A DNA stretch of 61,362 bases, the filler included, from Malassezia furfur (lineage: Eukaryota), in the NCBI GenBank assembly GCA_052055015.1. It is 9 parts of 9 records of this genome, joined end to end, with 100 filler letters (N's around TTAATTAATTAA, not from the genome) between each part and the next. Parts side by side here need not be neighbours in the genome. Positions count along the whole stretch, not along the records: positions 41,216 to 47,876 come from JBQJIT010000530.1; positions 47,977 to 54,619 come from JBQJIT010000531.1; positions 54,720 to 61,362 come from JBQJIT010000532.1; 6 more parts are not named here. One strand, given 5' to 3'. A program made the translations under genes and the position numbers. This document shows positions 47,589 to 58,115 of the stretch, piece by piece. The stretch's first letter is position 1; every line of letters begins with the position of its first letter. The notes under the pieces were generated by a model. It worked only from the letters and a program-made list of their open reading frames with translations. It made no database searches and was not told the DNA's origin.

Positions 47589-47876
47589 CTACGAAGGCGG
47601 GGGTATGTCGTGGAAGCGCGGGAGGCGCTGTGTGTCGTGTTCGTTGCTCGAGCACGAACGGCTCGTGGCCGCGCGTCTCGATGTGCGAAGCGAGCTCGAA
47701 CGAGTCGCGCAGCCGCTCCTCGCTCGGGCGGCGGTGTGCGCTAAACGAGCGGCCGCGGTCGTGGGCGAACGACGGGCGCGTCTGGGCGGACTCGGCGCCC
47801 TTGTTGATGTTGAGCAGGTATACGCCGAGGAAGGTGGTGAAGAAGCCGCCGAGGAGCGACACGGCGGCGGCGCCGC
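47589..47876 (-). CDS. NIPA-type Mg2+ transporter C-terminus, 5'-truncated; true stop uncertain
   Basis: VSLLGGFFTTFLGVYLLN resembles the last TM of fungal NIPA proteins. Confidence 0.55.
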   Translation of the reverse strand, partial: AAPPPCRSSAASSPPSSAYTCSTSTRAPSPPRRARRSPTTAAARLAHTAARARSGCATRSSSLRTSRRAATSRSCSSNEHDTQRLPRFHDIPPPS

Positions 47877-47976
47877 NNNNNNNNNNNNNNNNNNNNNNNN
47901 NNNNNNNNNNNNNNNNNNNNTTAATTAATTAANNNNNNNNNNNNNNNNNNNNNNNNNNNNNNNNNNNNNNNNNNNN
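47877..47976. other. Artificial contig linker
   Basis: N44-TTAATTAATTAA-N44. Confidence 0.98.
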
Positions 47977-47984
47977 CAGGGTTC

Positions 47985-50900
47985 ATGAGTGCGGAGGTCG
48001 AGCTGTTCACCACGTCGATCCTGGGCAACCCGGTCACCAGGAATCGACATGACCGATACATAACCGTGCTAACGGCACATAAGATCCCCTTTGTATTCTA
48101 TGATCTCGCCTCTGATGACGAAGCAAAGCGGCGATGGCGACGAAAGGTATGTGGTCCACGCTGAGTCAGGCACGCGATCCGCGTATTCCAGGGCTGCTCG
48201 TGCGCAACGAATGGGTCGGGTCCTACGAGGAGTTTGAAGAGGCGGTAGAATATGGCGAGCTGCGGCAGTTCCTGGGGGTGGATACGGTGGCAGCGCCGCA
48301 GCCCAAGCCGGAAACGACCGTTCAGCCTGCCGGAAGCGGTCGCGAGCGGATCCCGCCCGCACCGACGCTGATGGCTACACCTTCAGTGGCCAGCAAATCG
48401 GCATACTCCGAAGATGCAGACTACATGCTTTCGGAGCTGCTCCCACAGGGCACGACCATTTCGGACGCCGACGTCGACTCACTTCTCAAGGAACTTGAAA
48501 AGCCGCTTAAACGCACGCCGCGGCGCACCTTCACCCCGTCCAGCCGTACCGCACCATCTTCACTACCATCTTCGTCTAACACGTCCGCCTCTTCGACAGA
48601 GCACGCTCGCTACGAACCGGGCACACGCAACTTGGTCGAGGAAGCGGCCCGTGCGATCGGCGTCGAGCCGAAGCCGCGCGGACCTGCACCGCGTATAAAG
48701 CTGAACCGCCGTCCTCTGCAAGAAATTATGGAGGAGCGTCGAGCGCGGCAGGCGCAAACAGAACATGCACGGCGAAACGACGAGCTCTTTGCCAGTCTGG
48801 GCCTGTCTGATGCTCAGATTAACGACGAAGATGCTGAAGCGTTCTTACGTGACGGTACGATACCCGAAGTGCAGCGCAAGAAGACGTCACCTGTGCCAGC
48901 CAGTACGCTGCGACAGCCAGAGACCAACTTGCGCGACGCACATGGGCCTGACGACACTATCGCCACACATCGGGTGCCGGATCCGGCAGTGACAACATCC
49001 TCTGTGCCCGGACAAGGTACGGAAGAAGAGTCATTCTCTGCTCTGGATGCTGGGAAGAGTGAAGTGGAAGTGGGAGCTGCCCCTGACGCCAACAAAGACA
49101 CGGAATTGACCGAAGATGCTACCGAGCCGGGCTCAGCCGTCGAGGAACAAGCGCAAAGCGATGCGGCCGTTGTGCCAGAGGAGATGCCCGAGGCTTCCTC
49201 GACTGGGGACACCCCGGTATCTGCCCGCAAGTCACTCCAAGAGCGCCTCCGTAAGTCGGTGCATCTTGCCAACAAAACGGCAACGCCTAATGAGACGGAT
49301 GAAAGCGCCGAGGCGATCGGCAGCGCAAGGGCTCCAAAGAGCTTTGATGAAGCCTCCAGCTACGAGGGCACAACTCCCCTTGCCGACGACATGACGGCCG
49401 CGCCTACCGCTGTGCTTGAATCTGCCACCCTAGACAGGGCAGATCAAGCGCCAAGCACGACCGAGACATCGGCTCAGGACCAACAAGGTGCCGGTGTCGC
49501 TTTGGACCAGCTTGTCGCAGAAGAGCCAGATGCACCTATGCAAGCAGATGCCTCGCGCGACACTTCTCGCAGTGCTGACATGCTTGATGCTAAACCGGAC
49601 GACACGGATGTGGTCCCGAGCACAGACTCCAATGTCGAGCGCGTGTCCGAACCGACCGAGGCTTCCTCATCTGCAGACTCCCGCGACCCAAACCATGTGT
49701 CTGAGGGTGCTCAAGAAGCTGCTGAGGCGCCTCACAGTGCGGATGAGGTCCGCGAACCATCGGTGTCCGTCGAGTCTGACGCTGACACTGAGGCAGACAC
49801 CCGTCCTAAAACGTCTCCTGCAGAAGAGACATCAGGTACTGGGGACGAGCCGGCGAGACGCGTGCACGTTCCTGAAGCAGAAGGTGCGCAGTCTGCCGAG
49901 GAGCGGAACGAGCCAGCGGCCGAGGTGGACCAAGAGAGGTCTTCTCAGGAGCTGTTGGCCGAGTCGACTGGCGAAGAGCCTTTCGCACAGGAGCTAGGTA
50001 AGGCATCCATGGTCTCTGCGGGTCCAACTTCATCTATGGAAACGGGCACGGCCTTGCACCAGGAAACTACGCAGCTCAGCGACTCGGCCGGCTACGCATT
50101 GCCGTCGCCAAATGAAGACAACGCCTCCATGGCTGCGGCGGAGAAAGGGGAGGACGGGCATACTCTTTCTACTGCGCAGTTGGCCCCGAAGAGTGACGCG
50201 AATACCGTGTTGGACAATGCATCGAATGACGCAAATCAGGACGAGGCATCTGGTCACGTCCCGGCCAACAATGCGGAGCAAGTGAATGAACAGGTGGATG
50301 ACCCCGTGGATGAACGCACGGATTCCCCTGCGGACCAGCGCACGACACAGTCCGAACTTGCGTCCGAGGCGCCAGCGGTACCGACCGACGAATCTGATCG
50401 TACTGCGGAAGAACTCCACAAGTCCCTTGATAAGGTCAATTTGGGTGAAAGTCCTGCTTTGGAAGAGTCGCTGGGGACGCAGGTGCTGGCAGAGGTGCCT
50501 GGCATGGAACCGTCTATGGCAGATACCCAGGATCTCGCCTCGTCGGACGTGCGGGGCATCAAAGAGGCTACCCTAGGCGACATGTCCCAATCATCTCCTC
50601 TCGGTCACAGCGATGGACGGGACGGAAAGCCGATGCCCATGGAGCGCCATACGCTCGAACAACCTCTGAGCGGCACAGATTTGGCCGACGAAGGCGACTT
50701 GCCGCATTCAAACGCAGAGATGCTGCCGGCTGAGGGTCAAACAGGTACCTCGCTTACGTCGGCAATGGCCGAGCTCGATGTTCCCGTGGATCACTCGAGA
50801 CATCCACTGGAAGAGCCTCTGAGCGATGCACAGTTGAGCAAGGATGACGAGGGTACCTTACAAGAGGACCGCAACATCAGTGAGGCCCCGCAGGGCTCAG

Positions 50901-53900
50901 CCGCGCAGCCTTTGGTCGGTGGTGCGGCGGGGTCGCCCTCGGAAAAGACCGGCGACGCCTCTCGCCCTTCTCAGGAGTCAGTGATGGAGGCCACGCAGGA
51001 CGAACTTCCCCCCTTGCCATCAAAGGACGCTTTGTCGCCTACCGTAAAGAGCACGACCACCATGCCGTCTCAAGATGAGAGCTGGTCAGAGGACAAGGCA
51101 GGGCTGAATGTGACTCCCTCCGAATTGGCTCGCCAGAGCGCCGACGTTGCAATGCCATCCGTGCCAAAAGTGGAGGCGGAAACGGTAGGGGCCATCGAAA
51201 CGAGCGACTCAGCGGGGGTGCCCGAGAAAACCGATACTCTTCAGTCGACCGAGACAGAGTCTGTTCCCCGGTCGGCCCTGGTCGAGCCCGCAGATTCTCG
51301 GGACGAGAAACGGCAGACACCGGAGCCAGCACAAGACCCATCCATCGACGCGACCACTGGCCTAGCGGCTACGCCGAGCCTGCCAGCTGCGGAAGCCAAT
51401 GCCAACTTGCCGCAGACCGAGCCTGCTCACTTGGCACTGGCAGATTCGTCTGCTCAAGATGAGGCTGAGGTGCCAGTACTCCAACAAGCAACCGCACCTG
51501 CTGCCTCGCGCGCCGTGGAGACAGATACGCGGGCTTCTTCGGATGAGCCGTCTACGTCGTCCAGACCAACGACAGACAGTCTTGGGCTCTCCAAGGCGGA
51601 CCCAGCGCCCTCTACGCATCCATCGACCGCATCTACCCATCACACCTCGCACACGCATTTCCACCAGGGCCACACGCATTGGAACAACGAGCAGGACTTG
51701 GATGAAGCTGTGCTCGCTGCGCCGCCTGGGCCACAAGCCACTCATGTGGACGACAGTGCGACCTTGGATCACTTTGCCGGATCCGATGGCCATGTACGCG
51801 ACCGTTTGCGCAGCATTCAGCGCTCTGACAGTTTCCAACACGGGATGCGGCACATCGGCCATGGCGCAACAAAGGAACAAGAACGTGTTGCGCTGCATCA
51901 GACGCTGGACCGCTTTAGCTCGCTAGAGCCGCCGCTGCAGGCAGACCCAGCGATACCACAGCCGACGCCAATGGCGGCCTCCACGGACGTAAGCCGCCAT
52001 GTGCTGGAGCCGACCCTTGATGCGGACAGCTCGGCCCGTGATGCCAGCGCCAGCGCCAGTGCCTTACCGGAGGAGACACGCCACGCGGCCGAGCAGCTGC
52101 CGCACCATGCCTTGCCGCCGTCCGACCGACGACGCGTGTCGGCGGATGCGTCGCCCGAAGAAGAGCGCGTGGCAGTACACCAAGTCGTGGACCGCTTCAG
52201 TGCGCTCGAGCCGCCGCTTCATGTCACAGCCAGCCCACGCTCGCCACAGCCTCGCGCGCCAGATGCGCGGCATGTGTCGGCGGATGCCTCGGCAGAAGAG
52301 GAACGCATCGCTGTGCACCAGGTGGTGGACCGTTTCAGTGGGCTGGAGCCGCCGCTCCACGCGACCTCTTCTCCGCGCTCACCGCGGCCTGATGTGCCAG
52401 ACGCTCGCCACGTGTCGGCAGATGCCTCGACGGAGGAAGAGCGCATCGCCGTGCATCAAGTGGTGGACCGATTCAGCGCACTGGAGCCGCCCCTGCATGC
52501 CGATTTGGGAGCGGAGGAGTCGGACGCCACGAGCCGTGCGCCGTTGGCGCGCGACCCGCTGGAATCGGCACGCATTGCGCAACACCAGGTGATCGACCGC
52601 TTCAGTGCACTCGAACCGCCGCTGCCTGATTCATCCGCTGATAAGCCGAGCGACGTTCCGCCGTCTGCGGCGCACCCAACATCATACGCGTCCGGGAACG
52701 AGCCCGATTCGAGCGAAGGCGAGGACGACGACGACGTGCCCGATCTCTGGGTATCGAACCCCTCCCGTGCGTCACAGGCGCTACACCGACACTCGGGCGT
52801 CGATTCGGACTGGGACGCCCAGGCCAGCGACATGTCGGGCTCTGTGGACGAGGCAGTGCGTGTGCCGGTAGACCTTGGCAAGCTCAGCGCGGCGCAGCGG
52901 TCCGACGAACCGGGCAATATGCAAGCGCCCGGGTCGCCGCCGGTGCTCCACTCGGCGTCTTCGCGTGCGCTGGACGAGTCCGAGTCGGACTACTCGCAGG
53001 ACGAAGAGTCGGCCGACAACACCCCCGAGCACATTGTCCTGTCTGGCGCGCCGGCACCGCTCACAGCACCGCCGCGGCCACAGGACGCCGTGGGGGTGAC
53101 ATCGCCTGACAACACGGTGCCGGATCGCGACACTGACACGCCGAAACTCGAGCGCGAAGTACCAGCCTCGGTCGCAGCCGCGCGCGATTTGTCTGGAGTG
53201 AGTCCATCGACGCCCACGAAGTCGGCGTTGGTCGCAAAGCAGTCGTTGCCGTCGACGCCGCAGCATGCGGGCGACGTACTCCCTATGGGATCGGGCACCG
53301 ACACGCCTATGGCAGGCTCGGCGCACGAAGCGGATACAAGCAAGGCGCCAGCCGAGGCTTCGAGCGCTGCGACGCAGCAAGAGTCAACGGCGACCCAGCC
53401 CGACGACAACGTGGGTGCGCCGCTTACGCAGCACACGCCCTCGTCGGAGTCACGCGATGTGCCGAGCGGCGAGACCGACGTGCTTGGCACGATGCCTCAG
53501 CGTCTCCCGACGTCGCCACAGGCCTCCTTGTCGACTCGCAGCCCACGCTCCAGCGCAAGTCCTAGCCTGCGCTCGTTGCGCACCCCGACGCGGCGCGCTC
53601 CCGAGGCCCGCAGTACGGTGCCCAAGTTTTTACTGGACACGTCGCCGCCGTCGACCGCGGTGGCCCTGCCACGCTCGCCACCCAACCCGCCACAGAATGC
53701 GCCATCGATGCAAGACGATTGGCTGATGCAGGACTCGTCCGTCCCGGCGAACGACGCCGGTCGTGCTGATTCGTCAGGCGCAAGCAACATGCCACAGGAT
53801 CCGCCGATGGCCCCGTCGCTGGAGTCGCAGGGCTCGTCACAGGACCCGGCGGACGTTGTTGCCCCGGCCCTGCCCCCCCGTACAAGCACAGCCGAGCGTG

Positions 53901-54439
53901 CGTTGTCGAACGCGACGACACCGGCGCCCTCATCCTCCCAGCGCACCGAGGCCAGCTCGCCAACGCCCGCCAAGCGCCCAGTGCCCCCAGTGCCGACGAC
54001 GCAGGCACCACCAAGCTCGGCTGCAGATCCATCGGTGGACTCAGCGCAGACCAACTCGCCCCGTCCGTCCACGGAAGTGGCGACGAACAGGGATGTTCCC
54101 GCATCGGCGACCCAGCCGGCGTCGCGTCCAGTGCCAGAGACAACGGCGGCCTCCGCCGCACCGACCCCTACCGGTGCGGCAGAGTCTCCGTCGCACACGG
54201 TGTCCGCGGCGTCCTACGAAGCGTCTACGGCGTCGTCCGCGACCGAGGATGACGAGCGACATGTCCCCAATGACCCCCCTGCCGACAAGCGGCGGTCTGC
54301 GTCCGGTACGCACACCAAGCGGGCGCCGATCCCGAGTGTGCGCAGCGTCTCGGGCACTCAGCGCCCGGGTGGTCACCGCAAGACGCTCAGTGCAATCATG
54401 CAAGAAGCCGATGCATTCCTGCAAGAATGGAAGGAGTAG
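47985..54439 (+). CDS. ~2,143-aa protein: N-terminal SH3BGR/glutaredoxin-like domain plus huge acidic Ser/Pro/Ala-rich region with internal repeats
   Basis: MSAEVELFTTSI...VLTAHKIPFVFYDLASDDEAKRRWRRK|ARDPRIPGLLV...GSYEEFEEAVEYGELRQFL; 23-nt intron 48147-48169, then one open frame to 54439. Confidence 0.8.
51875..52624 (+). repeat. Five copies of ExxRxAxHQxxDRFSxLEPPL; three form 138-bp (46-aa) tandem units
   Basis: gtgtcggc anchors at 52136, 52274 and 52412 (period 138); diverged copies near 51875 and 52560. Confidence 0.9.
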
Positions 54440-54440
54440 A

Positions 54441-54619
54441 CTATGTAGCGTCTCGTGACTGTGAGGAGAAATCGTACAGACGTTCGCTGCCCATGAACCC
54501 CTGGGCCTGACCGCCGCCCTCGCGCTCGGGAATGACTTGGTATAGTTGAGGCGGAGGGCCGGTAGGGCGCGGCACGGTCGGCTTGGTATGTTTGCGCAGC
54601 TCGATGTGCGCAGGCGTCT
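54441..54619 (-). CDS. SF3B2: U2 snRNP SF3b subunit SF3B2/Cus1/Sap145, 3' end only (absent from ORF track)
   Basis: Manual translation: TPAHIELRK...PPQLYQVIPER...GFMGSERLYDFSSQSRDAT*. Confidence 0.7.
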
Positions 54620-54719
54620 NNNNNNNNNNNNNNNNNNNNNNNNNNNNNNNNNNNNNNNNNNNNTTAATTAATTAANNNNNNNNNNNNNNNNNNNNNNNNN
54701 NNNNNNNNNNNNNNNNNNN
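54620..54719. other. Artificial contig linker
   Basis: N44-TTAATTAATTAA-N44. Confidence 0.98.
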
Positions 54720-55177
54720 CCGCCGCCGCGGCCGCCAGCGCGCCGTGCGATGCGCTGCTTGAGCTGCTCGCCTTCCGCGCGCCCGCGCGGCTCGTGGCCG
54801 ACGTGCTTGCGGGGTACGCTCTGTTTGCGGCCCACATGGAGCGCGTGCCGCTGCGCGCGTTTGCGTCGCCGCTCCTCGACGCGCAGCAGCTGCCCGCGAG
54901 TGCCGCGCGCGCCGCCGACAGCTGGCGCGCCGTGCAGAGTACGGCACAGGCTGCTGTCGCGCACGCGCCGCTCGATGTGCGCGCGGCCGCGGCGGCGCTG
55001 GGGGCGCACACCCCGCCGCCTGCGCCATGGGACACGCTGTTCGCGCCGCGCGACACCCACCGGATGGCGCCTGCGTGCGCACTGGCGCGCACGCTGTACG
55101 CGCTCGCCGCGCGGCCCGAGCGCCTGTGGGACGCGGCACCCGAGGTGTGGCAGCGTGCCTCGTTGCTACGTAGCTAG
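54720..55177 (+). CDS. 3' end of an unidentified protein
   Basis: Open frame from the contig edge with protein-like composition, ending at TAG 55175-55177; no recognised motif. Confidence 0.45.
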
Positions 55178-57391
55178 CTAGTCGCCAAACCGGATCGCCC
55201 CACCCGGGAATGCGCCGCCGGAAGGCACGGCGCGCGCGCGCCACGCTGCGACATCCGCACGCAGCGTGTCAAGCAGCGTCGCAAGCCGCGTGTAAAACGT
55301 GTGGCCCTCGTGCACGTGCTGCGTGAGCGTGGTGTAGGTGGTGTAGGCGTCGCGCACACGGGCGTATGCCGCGTCCTGGGCGCGCAGCGCGGCGCCGAGC
55401 GCGGCGTCGTCGTGCACGGCCGTGACGTGCGCGCGGATCTGGCGGAGCAGTGCGGCCTGGGCGTCGTGCAGCGCATCGCACTGCGCTTCATAAGGGGTAT
55501 ACTTGCGCATGCCTGCGTCGAGCACGTCGTCCAGCGCACCGGGGTCAATCGCCTCGGCCTCCGCGCCGGCGTGCAGCTCGCCAAGGTGCCGCTCGCGCGC
55601 GGCCTTTTCGAGGCGCGGGCGCAGCACGTCCGTGTCGCACGCCGAGCGCACGCGCTGCAGCAGCGCTCGGCGCTGGGCCGCACCGTCCTCAAGGCGCTCG
55701 ACGTCTGCCCGCAGCGCGCGCAGGCGCGGCGCAGCCGCACGGCGCACGCGCTCCACTTCGTAGCTGGGTGGGAGCACATGACGCGCGAGCTCGGCGCCGC
55801 CGCGCTCCATCACCGCGAGGTCGGCGCGCACGGCCTCCCACTGCGCACGCACCGTTGCGTCGCTCGCGCCCGCCTCGGCAAGCGTGTGCTCGTATTCGCG
55901 CCAGAGCGTCTGCTGCGCGTGCTGCTGCGTGACGAGGTCGTCGGCCACGCCGGGCACCGCGCGGAACACGATCGCCTCGAGCTCGCCAAGGACGTCGGCA
56001 CAGTGCGCCGCGACGTGCGTGTTCTCATCAATCTCACGGGGTAGCGCCGCAAGCGGCGCGCGCTGCAGCGCCGCCGTGTACGTCGCCCACTCACGCGGGA
56101 TGCGCTGCGGCGACTCGATCCGATCGAGCATGCCAGGCAGGTGCAGCTCAGCGAGCGCCGCGGCGGCCTCAGCGTCCAGCGCACGCAGCCGCACCTCGAT
56201 GACCGTCTCGCAAAAGTGCCGCTTGCGGTCGCTGTAATGCCGCTCGGCCACGTCAATGCCGTACGTCATCAGCCCACGGAACCACAACGTGTGTTCGTCG
56301 ATGAGCCCGCGCGGCGACGCGAGGCCCTCGGGCACCGCGGCCTTGGCCATCTCGGCCGTGCCGAGGTCGGGCAGCGCCGCCTCGCTGGTGGCCGACTCGA
56401 GGTAGATGAGCTGGTTGTCGCGCTCGGCACGCGCCAAGTTGGTCTCCACGATGGACTGCAGGCCACGCAAATCATCCACAAGGGCATGTGACGGCAGCAC
56501 ACGCAATGGCAAAGCGAGCGCTGCACGCACCTGCGCGGCGGCAAGCGTCAGGCGGCCCAGCTCGTCGCCATACCGCTTGTGCACGAGATCGTCGCAGCTC
56601 TTGCGATACTGCGCCGCGGCCGAAAAGTGCAGCTGCTTGCACCGTGCGTGCACTTTGTATGCCTGCGGCAGCGGTGACGCAGCCGCTGCATTCGCGCTCT
56701 TCTCGTACAGGTCGGCTGCGCTGCGCGCAAGTTTCGCAATGGTGGTGTCTTTGTACGCGTCCTGTGTCGCTTTTTGCCAGAAGCATTCCTGTGCCTGCGC
56801 AAGCATCAGCGCATGCAGCGCCGTGAGCGAGGTGGGCGCTAGCTCCACCGGCGCGTTGGCGCCCTGCTCCGCGGGGGTCAGAAGTGTTTGCAGCGTCTGT
56901 AATGTGCCAGCGGCATACTGCGTCAGCGCGGCACGTACCTGAAAGTGCATCGTTGCACGACGTATGCTCTCCTTGTCGCTACGCGACTCGGCCTGACCTA
57001 GCTGTGCGTACTGTGCCGCGATGCTCTGCACGATGCACGCACGCTCCATCGCAAGCGAGGAGTAGGCGACGAGGCGGCCGCTCGTGAGACCCGAGCCCCA
57101 CGGAAATCCAAATCCCAACGGCGTGTGGGCGGCGTCCTTAGCACCGGCGTTGCGGTCGAGCACACGTAGCAGGAACGCGAGCTGCACTGCGTACGCTAGC
57201 AGTTTCGGCACGCTCGACGCGGCGATGGGTAGATGGATGCACGCATCGCGCGCCGTACTCCATGCCTCTATATCGGACTCATACAGCACGCTGTGAACAT
57301 CGGGATACGCGGCGTCGAGATATGCGATCACCGGGTCGCGGAGCGCGACGTGCTCGGAGCGCGGCACGCCCAGGCCCAGCACGTTGGACAT
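55178..57391 (-). CDS. RIM20: Bro1-domain pH-response protein PalA/Rim20
   Basis: GFPW, SLAMERAC, HFQ|YAAG, MLAQAQECFWQKA, AAAQYRKS, YGDELGRL, AERDNQLIY, V-domain coil, GHTFY; probable in-frame 21-nt intron 56918-56938. Confidence 0.85.
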   Translation of the reverse strand: MSNVLGLGVPRSEHVALRDPVIAYLDAAYPDVHSVLYESDIEAWSTARDACIHLPIAASSVPKLLAYAVQLAFLLRVLDRNAGAKDAAHTPLGFGFPWGSGLTSGRLVAYSSLAMERACIVQSIAAQYAQLGQAESRSDKESIRRATMHFQVRAALTQYAAGTLQTLQTLLTPAEQGANAPVELAPTSLTALHALMLAQAQECFWQKATQDAYKDTTIAKLARSAADLYEKSANAAAASPLPQAYKVHARCKQLHFSAAAQYRKSCDDLVHKRYGDELGRLTLAAAQVRAALALPLRVLPSHALVDDLRGLQSIVETNLARAERDNQLIYLESATSEAALPDLGTAEMAKAAVPEGLASPRGLIDEHTLWFRGLMTYGIDVAERHYSDRKRHFCETVIEVRLRALDAEAAAALAELHLPGMLDRIESPQRIPREWATYTAALQRAPLAALPREIDENTHVAAHCADVLGELEAIVFRAVPGVADDLVTQQHAQQTLWREYEHTLAEAGASDATVRAQWEAVRADLAVMERGGAELARHVLPPSYEVERVRRAAAPRLRALRADVERLEDGAAQRRALLQRVRSACDTDVLRPRLEKAARERHLGELHAGAEAEAIDPGALDDVLDAGMRKYTPYEAQCDALHDAQAALLRQIRAHVTAVHDDAALGAALRAQDAAYARVRDAYTTYTTLTQHVHEGHTFYTRLATLLDTLRADVAAWRARAVPSGGAFPGGAIRFGD

Positions 57392-57443
57392 GGTGCGAAG
57401 CCGTGCGCGGAGGCTGACTCAGCCGCTTTTTTTTTGCGAGACC

Positions 57444-58073
57444 ATGGCGAGCGACGCGCGTGCGGTGGGCGCGGAAGCGAGCGTACCGGCGCCATCGAGT
57501 GCATCGGTACGCCCGACGGCGGAGAGCAGCGAGGCTGCACCGACACAGCAGGAGCTGCAGTTTGCGCGTGCCACCTACATAATCCTCGCAATGTGGCCGG
57601 CGATGCGCCAGGCCGTACTCGAGATGTGGGGTGGCCCCGAGTCCGAGGAAAAGCGCGACTTTTTGCTGTCGCACCTGTGTGATGAGTACGGCACGGGGAA
57701 GGGGAAGCTGCCAGACATGGACGACCTTACGGACCTGCTGGAAAACTACCTAGCCGAAGAGTACGACTGCCAGCTCGAAGACGACAGCGCGGCGCTCGTG
57801 GCACTCCATGTGTGCAACACGTACAAGGCCGTATTTGAGGAGCAGCACGGCACCGAATTCCTCAAGCAGCTTGAGGAAGCGTTTGCTAAGGTGAGCAAGT
57901 CGAGCGTCAAGAACCAGACACAAGAGCTCTCCGAGGATGACGACGCGGAGGAAGAGGATGCGCCCGACGTAGCTACACCTGCCACCTCTGCCCCGCGCGC
58001 ATCTGCGCCGCGGCCCGAGCCCGAGATTGACGAGGACGGCTTCGAGACCGTAGTGAGCCGCCGCCGGCGTTAA
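57444..58073 (+). CDS. TSR2: Pre-rRNA processing protein Tsr2 (WGG domain)
   Basis: WPAMRQAV..MWGGPESEEKRD, EEYDCQLEDDS, DEDGFETV. Confidence 0.92.
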   Translation: MASDARAVGAEASVPAPSSASVRPTAESSEAAPTQQELQFARATYIILAMWPAMRQAVLEMWGGPESEEKRDFLLSHLCDEYGTGKGKLPDMDDLTDLLENYLAEEYDCQLEDDSAALVALHVCNTYKAVFEEQHGTEFLKQLEEAFAKVSKSSVKNQTQELSEDDDAEEEDAPDVATPATSAPRASAPRPEPEIDEDGFETVVSRRRR

Positions 58074-58115
58074 TTTCGTAGCTCCTCCACTTGCCCCCAC
58101 GCGCCGCTGCGCGCG

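Noticed and set aside
52130..52500. CRISPR-like array or mobile element
   Set aside because: The repeats are in-frame coding units with codon-position variation, no unique spacers and no cas or transposase genes.
54459..54477. Possible 19-nt intron (GTACGATTTCTCCTCACAG, minus strand) in SF3B2
   Set aside because: Splicing would delete the conserved YD of GSERLYD and run into the convergent gene; the branch motif abuts the AG.
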